Shown: positions 9,080 through 14,872 of the stretch, in pieces
Numbering within the stretch: position 1 is the stretch's first letter
Layout: the number at the start of each line of letters is the position of its first letter
NCBI RefSeq assembly: GCF_006345805.1
Contig: NW_021826169.1
Location: 1-14,872, forward strand
DNA length: 14,872 bases
Direction: 5' to 3'
Source: Octopus sinensis
Lineage: Eukaryota
Program-made: the position numbers and the translations under genes
The notes under the pieces: model-generated
The model's input: only the letters and a program-made list of their open reading frames with translations
What the model was told of the DNA's origin: nothing
Databases searched by the model: none

Positions 9080-9297
9080 GAGGTGGTGCTGAAAAGTTCC
9101 TGGTTTAGAGTAAAAGGAAATACAAGAGGATCAGTTAATTATGATTTTATTCAACATATTCCCCCCTCAGATTCACACTCTTATTGCAACGGTCGTTCAG
9201 TTTTTCTAAGCCCTGTAGAAGAACTCGGAAGTCTGGGCCTCCAACCAAGCCTTTCGCGACGCCCTTAAAGCCAGGAAGTTTTCAGCACTCCCTTGTA
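9080..9297 (+). mobile_element. Mariner-like MITE
   Basis: TIRs GGTGCTGAAAAGTTCCTGG / CCAGGAAGTTTTCAGCACT; interior shared with the other three copies. Confidence 0.85.
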
Positions 9298-9553
9298 TGT
9301 ACAATGTCTGCTATATTAGTTTGTTAGGTGGTGTTCGTATTTTATATACGTTGTTGTGTGTTTGGTGCTATGTATTTCAATGCCAGATGGTGATTGTGTA
9401 GAATATGAGGTATGTGGCTTGATGTAGTGCTAATGGATTGCAGTTGTGAAGAATGAGAGTTGTCTGAGTTGATGGAATGGTATAGTATCAGGTGTCGGTA
9501 ATGTAAGAGTGTGTGTTGTTTTACTTCATTGCTGATCGCGTAGGTCGTATAGA

Positions 9554-9556
<3 letters not shown>

Positions 9557-9624
<68 letters not shown>

Positions 9625-9785
9625 TGTGTGTGTGTGTATGTGTGCGTGTGTGTTTGCGTGTGTGTGTGTGTGTGTATGTGTGTGTGTGTATGTGTGTGTG
9701 TATGTGTGTGTGTATGTGTGTGTATGTGTGTGTGTGTATGTGTGTGTGTATGTGTGTGTATATGTGTGTGCGTGCGTGTGTGCGC

Positions 9786-9826
<41 letters not shown>

Positions 9827-9830
9827 TATG
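9557..9830. repeat. Compound (TA)n-(TG)n microsatellite (second copy ~11010-11295)
   Basis: Direct reading; source of the CV/HT-rich ORFs. Confidence 0.95.
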
Positions 9831-10063
9831 TTGTGTGCGATCTGTTGATGATATAGTGTCAGGTCCCAGTTTCATAGGAGTGTATGCCGTAATATTTTAT
9901 ACAGGGGTTATTGTATAACGAATTTTTCTGGTTGCAGAGGGCGTACTGTTTGGATCATGTTATTGAAATGGACGTGCCTTGCATAGGAATTGGAATTTAG
10001 CTTAGGATGTTAGTAATGAAGTCTGTGAATCGCTGTGAGCTCTGGTATGGTTTATATGTGTTG

Positions 10064-10098
<35 letters not shown>

Positions 10099-10254
10099 TT
10101 GTAAATCTAAATCAATGTCAAAGAACACGAAGGTAGGTACATCTTCAAATTTTTCATTTAATTTCAACAGTTAACTATTTAGCGTGGAAGGTGTTTGTAA
10201 GCCATTTAAGAAACACACAAAAACCGTTCGATTCACTTCAACAATTAAGTTTTA

Positions 10255-10305
10255 TTTGCCAAAATATTTTCGTCGCTTTAAGACCGCGACCTGTTCACTG
10301 ACAAA
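10255..10305 (-). ncRNA. Minimal hammerhead-like motif, G3-C8 variant (left arm; duplicate at 11723-11773)
   Basis: Minus strand reads TTTGTCA-GTGAACA-G-GTCGC(GGTCTTAAA)GCGAC-GAAA-ATAT-TT-TGGCAAA. Confidence 0.55.
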
Positions 10306-10339
10306 AATCCGTGCTGACACGGATTTTTGAGCACAGATT

Positions 10340-10390
10340 TTTGTCAGTGAACAGGTTGCGGTCTTATAGCGACGAAAATATTTTGACAAA
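10340..10390 (+). ncRNA. Minimal hammerhead-like motif, G3-C8 variant (right arm; duplicate at 11808-11858)
   Basis: 7-bp stem I TTTGTCA/TGACAAA; core GTGAACA 10347-53 plus extra G; stem II GTTGC/GCGAC (GTCGC in copy 2); GAAA 10374-77; palindromic AATATT; UUU site, cleavage after 10383. Confidence 0.58.
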
Positions 10391-10879
10391 TTAAACTTAA
10401 ATGTTGAAGTGAATCGAACGGTTTTTGTGTGTTTCTTAAATGGCTTACAAACACCTTCCACGCTGCAATCGTTTTCGTTTCAGCACACGATCTCAGATCA
10501 AATCACTTGCTATGCAAGTACATCTCCGTAACTATACAGCATAATTGATTAAAATGACCGACACGGGTTGCTGCAGCATAGAGACCGTGCCGTTGCATAT
10601 GCAATCCACAACATTCTGCGATGCACCGTCATTCGGTGTCTTTCCACATTCTCTGTAATCGTTTTGGATTAACACTTCCGAAAATATTTATAATCCAGTG
10701 AAGTGAAGCCGGGATTAACCCATCAGAAGTATTATAGTGGGATTACTCACCCCTGATGCTTCCTACAACTTGATGCAGTTAGCCGGAACTTTAACCATAC
10801 TTGAGAGTTCTTACGGTACCCGCCTGGATATTTTATTCCTATATACTTATATATATATATATAATATATATATATATAT

Positions 10880-11008
10880 AACGGGAAGCTTTATGAAAAT
10901 AAACAAAAGACGAAGGCAGGTGGAAAACAAACGAACAATTGTATTAGTATGGCGCTCAGGAATATAAATAAAACAAGTCTTTAACGTTTCGAGCCTACGC
11001 TCTTCAAC

Positions 11009-11009
<1 letters not shown>
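10880..11009 (-). mobile_element. Copy of the 8745-8916 repeat, truncated at core position 3 by (TA)n (duplicate at 12352-12480)
   Basis: Minus strand TGTTGAAGAGCGTAGGCTCGAAACGTTAAAGAC; C3 and the 5' strand of stem I are missing. Confidence 0.65.
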
Positions 11010-11060
<51 letters not shown>

Positions 11061-11529
11061 GTGTGTGTGTGGTGTGTGTGTGAGTGTGTGTGTGTGTGTA
11101 TGTGTGCGTGTGTGTTTGCGTGTGTGTGTGTGTGTGTATGTGTGTGTGTGTGTATGTGTGTGTGTATGTGTGTGTGTATGTGTGTGTTGTGTGTGTGTGT
11201 ATGTGTGTGTGTATGTGTGTGTATATGTGTGTGCGTGCGTGTGTGCGCGCGTGTGTGTGTGTGTGTGTGTGTGTTGTGTGTGTGTGTGTGTGTATGTTGT
11301 GTGCGATCTGTTGATGATATAGTGTCAGGTCCCAGTTTCATAGGAGTGTATGCCGTAATATTTTATACAGGGGTTATTGTATAACGAATTTTTCTGGTTG
11401 CAGAGGGCGTACTGTTTGGATCATGTTATTGAAATGGACGTGCCTTGCATAGGAATTGGAATTTAGCTTAGGATGTTAGTAATGAAGTCTGTGAATCGCT
11501 GTGAGCTCTGGTATGGTTTATATGTGTTG

Positions 11530-11566
<37 letters not shown>

Positions 11567-11648
11567 TTGTAAATCTAAATCAATGTCAAAGAACACGAAG
11601 GTAGGTACATCTTCAAATTTTTCATTTAATTTCAACAGTTAACTATTT

Positions 11649-11932
11649 AGCGTGGAAGGTGTTTGTAAGCCATTTAAGAAACACACAAAAACCGTTCGAT
11701 TCACTTCAACAATTAAGTTTTATTTGCCAAAATATTTTCGTCGCTTTAAGACCGCGACCTGTTCACTGACAAAAATCCGTGCTGACACGGATTTTTGAGC
11801 ACAGATTTTTGTCAGTGAACAGGTCGCGGTCTTATAGCGACGAAAATATTTTGACAAATTAAACTTAAATGTTGAAGTGAATCGAACGGTTTTTGTGTGT
11901 TTCTTAAATGGCTTACAAACACCTTCCACGCT
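11649..11932. repeat. 284-bp palindrome, copy 2
   Basis: Same as 10181-10464 at offset 1468, except C11825. Confidence 0.95.
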
Positions 11933-12313
11933 GCAATCGTTTTCGTTTCAGCACACGATCTCAGATCAAATCACTTGCTATGCAAGTACATCTCCGTAAC
12001 TATACAGCATAATTGATTAAAATGACCGACACGGGTTGCTGCAGCATAGAGACCGTGCCGTTGCATATGCAATCCACAACATTCTGCGATGCACCGTCAT
12101 TCGGTGTCTTTCCACATTCTCTGTAATCGTTTTGGATTAACACTTCCGAAAATATTTATAATCCAGTGAAGTGAAGCCGGGATTAACCCATCAGAAGTAT
12201 TATAGTGGGATTACTCACCCCTGATGCTTCCTACAACTTGATGCAGTTAGCCGGAACTTTAACCATACTTGAGAGTTCTTACGGTACCCGCCTGGATATT
12301 TTATTCCTATATA

Positions 12314-12352
<39 letters not shown>

Positions 12353-12480
12353 CGGGAAGCTTTATGAAAATAAACAAAAGACGAAGGCAGGTGGAAAACA
12401 AACGAACAATTGTATTAGTATGGCGCTCAGGAATATAAATAAAACAAGTCTTTAACGTTTCGAGCCTACGCTCTTCAACA

Positions 12481-12519
12481 TATATATATATATATATATT
12501 ATATATATAATATATATAT

Positions 12520-12556
<37 letters not shown>

Positions 12557-12557
12557 A
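12481..12557. repeat. (TA)n-(GA)n microsatellite
   Basis: Direct reading. Confidence 0.92.
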
Positions 12558-12619
12558 AATATAAAAGTAAAATGAGGGTGGAAAATTGGATATTAATTTG
12601 ATTAACATCAATTTAAAAC

Positions 12620-13488
12620 CGTCTTTATGTTCTGGGTTCAAATGCCACCGGTGTCGACGTTGTCTTTCAACCTTTCGGGGTCGATAAAATAAGTACCAGC
12701 TGAACACTGAGGTCAGTTTGATTAACTTAGCCCCTCCCCGAGAATTGCTGGCCTTGTGCCAAAATTTGAAACCATTATTATCATTATTAAGCAGAGAACT
12801 AAGGCGGTGAGGTGGCAGAATCGTTAGCACGCCGGGAAAAATACTTAGCAGCATTTCGCCCGTCTTTACGTTCTGAGTTCGAATTCCCACGAGGTCGTCT
12901 TCGCCTTTCATCATATAGTGATCGATAAGATCAGTACCAATGTTCAATTGGTACTTTGGTACTTATTTTATCGACCCCGTTAGAATGAGGTAATCAACTT
13001 ACTCCTCTTCCCCCTAAATTACTGGTTCTGTGTCAAAATTTGAAACCACAATTAAGCAGAGAACTGGCTGAATCGTTATAGTGTCAGAAAGTACTTTGCA
13101 GTATTTCTTCTGACTCTTTGCATTCCGAGTTCAAACCCTGCCGAGTTCAGCTTTGTCTTTCCTTCTTCCAGGGTCGATAAAATGCAGTCGATGTATTCGG
13201 CTAAACCCTTCCTCTAAATTTCTGGCATATACTCGAAATAACATTTGTCTCCGGTCATTAGAACGTCTGAAAAAAAAAATGCCTTGCGGTGTTCATTTCG
13301 GCTCTTTAGGGGATCAACTTTGCTCTGCTGAGGTCAACTTTGCCTTTCCTCCCTTGGAAGTCGATAAAATAAAGTACCTGTCAAATAGTGAACTCGATAG
13401 TATCGACTAACCCTACCCCTCCGCTTTAAAATTGCTGGCCTTGTGCCTAAATCAGAAACCATCGTTATTATTATTGTTATTGTTGTTG
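12620..13488 (+). mobile_element. Cluster of four head-to-tail SINE-A copies (~12620-12780, 12801-13050, ~13056-13250, ~13255-13488)
   Basis: The 12801 copy has A box TGGCAGAATCG, B box GTTCGAATTCC (12877-87) and a 15-bp TSD ATTAAGCAGAGAACT (12786-12800, 13051-13065). The others share GTCGATAAAAT; the first and last also share GCTGGCCTTGTGCC. Confidence 0.85.
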
Positions 13489-13496
13489 TCGCAGGG

Positions 13497-13789
13497 AAGC
13501 GGTTCCCAAATTTGTTCAGGCAAATTTGGCACCCCGACCGCATTCCTCACGCCCCACACCAACTCTCTACCACAAACATAAGCCACTTTCTGCAATAAAT
13601 TCAAAACAACTGTATTTAACAAAACTTAACCTAATTAGCCAATTATTGGGGGGGGGGGGTTACATCCATCACCCCCTTTTGGCTACCTCATTATCTACCC
13701 CCACTTTTCTTCGACGCCCCCTGGATCTTTCCGCCGCCATCAGGGTGGAATGGGGGAGGAGGGCGTATCGTCCATTTTGGGAACCTCTG
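13497..13789. mobile_element. hAT-like MITE
   Basis: TIRs AAGCGGTTCCCAAA / TTTGGGAACCTCTG (consensus CAGNGGTTCCCAAA); flanking 8-mers TCGCAGGG and TTGCAGAG match at 6/8, as expected for a decayed 8-bp TSD. Confidence 0.65.
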
Positions 13790-13870
13790 TTGCAGAGGTT
13801 GAGACTCAGTCTGTGGATATGATCACCGTTAATTGTAAGATCACCCCTCCTAATTTTTATATTCCTATCA

Positions 13871-14079
13871 TACGATGGAGGGGCTGAAAAGTTCCTGGCT
13901 TTGGGGAAAAGACAATACAGGAGGATTAATTGGTTATGATTCTTTTGAACATATTCCCCTCTCAGGTTCACACACTTATTGCATAAGTCTTTCAGTTTTT
14001 CTAGGTCTTGCAAAAGAACTCAGAAATTTGGACCTCCAATCACGCCTTAAAACTCGGAGCTTTTCAACACCCCTTCATA
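13871..14079 (+). mobile_element. Mariner-like MITE
   Basis: TACGATGGAGGGGCTGAAAAGTTCCTGGCTTT ... GCTTTTCAACACCCCTTCATA; TA at both ends. Confidence 0.82.
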
Positions 14080-14098
14080 CGTGTGTGTGTATATATAT

Positions 14099-14503
14099 AC
14101 TCTTTTACTCTTACTTGTTTCAGTCATTTGACTGCGGCCATGCTAGAGCACCGCCTTTAATCGAGCAACTCGACCCCGGGACTTATTCTTTTGTAAGCCC
14201 AGTACTTATTCTATCGGTCTCTTTTGCCGAACCGCTAAGTAACGGGGACATAAGCACACCAGCATCGGTTGTCAAGCAATGCTAGGGGGACAAACTCAGA
14301 CACACAAACACACACACACACGCACATATATATACACATACATATATACGACAGGTTTCTTTCAGTTTCCGTCTACCGAATCCACTCGCAAGGCTTTGGT
14401 CGGCCCGAGGCTATAGTAGAAGACACTTGCCCAAGGTGCCACGCAGTGGGACTGAACCCGGAACCATGTGGTTGGTAAACAAGCTACTTACCACACAGCC
14501 ACT
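14099..14503 (-). mobile_element. tRNA-derived SINE family D with a CORE-like block and an internal microsatellite
   Basis: Minus strand head TGGCTGTGTGGTAAG..GGGTTCAGTCCC, then CACCTTGGGCAAGTGTCTT, an internal TG/TA tract and an (AAGAGT)-type tail. Confidence 0.88.
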
Positions 14504-14511
14504 GTATATAT

Positions 14512-14581
<70 letters not shown>
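14504..14581. repeat. (TA)n-(CA)n-(TA)n microsatellite
   Basis: Direct reading. Confidence 0.92.
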
Positions 14582-14585
<4 letters not shown>

Positions 14586-14606
14586 ACACATGTATTTGTG
14601 TATATT

Positions 14607-14826
14607 CCAGGTGGTGCTGAAAAGTTTCTGGCTTTGGGTTAAAAAAAATACATGAGGATCAGTTAATTATGATTTTATTCAAGGTATTCTCCGACTCAAG
14701 TTCACACACTTATTGCAGCGGTCCTTCAGCTTTTCTAAGCCCTGTAAGAGAACTTGCAAGGTTGGGCCTTCAACCAGGTCTTTCGCAATACCCTTAAATC
14801 CGGAAACTTTTCAGCCCCACCCCGTA
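14607..14826 (+). mobile_element. Mariner-like MITE
   Basis: GGTGCTGAAAAGTTTCTGGCTTT ... GAAACTTTTCAGCCCCACCCGTA. Confidence 0.82.
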
Positions 14827-14845
14827 TGTGTGTATCTGTACATAT

Positions 14846-14872
14846 TAGGCTCGAAACGTAAAAGACTTTTTC
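14846..14872 (+). mobile_element. Fragment of the hammerhead-bearing repeat (3' half), running off the window
   Basis: TAGGCTCGAAACGTAAAAGACTTTTTC matches the reverse complement of 8823-8849, with a GUA triplet instead of GUU. Confidence 0.6.

Larger units (their letters stand above)
10181..10464. repeat. 284-bp palindrome (135-bp arms, 14-bp spacer), copy 1
   Basis: AGCGTGGAAGGTGTTTGTAAGCC... at 10181 mirrors ...GGCTTACAAACACCTTCCACGCT at 10464; arms 10181-10315 and 10330-10464, with few mismatches. Confidence 0.95.
9557..12520. repeat. Near-identical tandem duplication, period ~1.47 kb, with breakpoints in (TA)n
   Basis: Unique anchors recur at offsets of 1466-1471 (10181/11649, 10737/12205). 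The only differences I found are one substitution (T10357 vs C11825) and microsatellite indels. Confidence 0.95.

Noticed and set aside
10252-10461. 69-aa ORF (duplicate 11720-11929)
   Set aside because: Lies wholly within the palindrome and has no recognisable domain.
9342-11384. HT-, CV- and IY-repeat ORFs (also 3227-3544, 3966-4241, 8907-9092)
   Set aside because: Translations of microsatellites.
12315-12947. 210-aa ORF, the longest in the track
   Set aside because: Chimeric read-through of SINE-A, (GA)n/(TA)n and the hammerhead-bearing repeat.

Overview
Non-genic, repeat-saturated eukaryotic DNA, most likely from a coleoid cephalopod such as Octopus (inferred from recalled SINE families and microsatellite density; no search was run). 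No intact protein-coding gene is supported: the supplied ORFs come from microsatellites, SINEs, MITEs or AT-rich sequence, apart from a decayed RTE-type endonuclease. The window holds four tRNA-derived SINE families (one forming head-to-tail arrays), four mariner-like MITEs, a hAT-like MITE, a probable non-autonomous Helitron, two LINE fragments, a 284-bp palindrome and a near-identical ~1.47-kb tandem duplication. The main unexplained signal is a cluster of hammerhead-ribozyme-like motifs in three architectures, all with the short self-complementary stem III typical of Penelope-like retroelements. These are (i) two canonical-core motifs with ~57-nt stem II arms, (ii) a G3-C8 covariant present on both strands of the palindrome (4 copies) and (iii) an A6U variant family (1 complete, 3 truncated). 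All folds were done by eye; none has been tested for activity.
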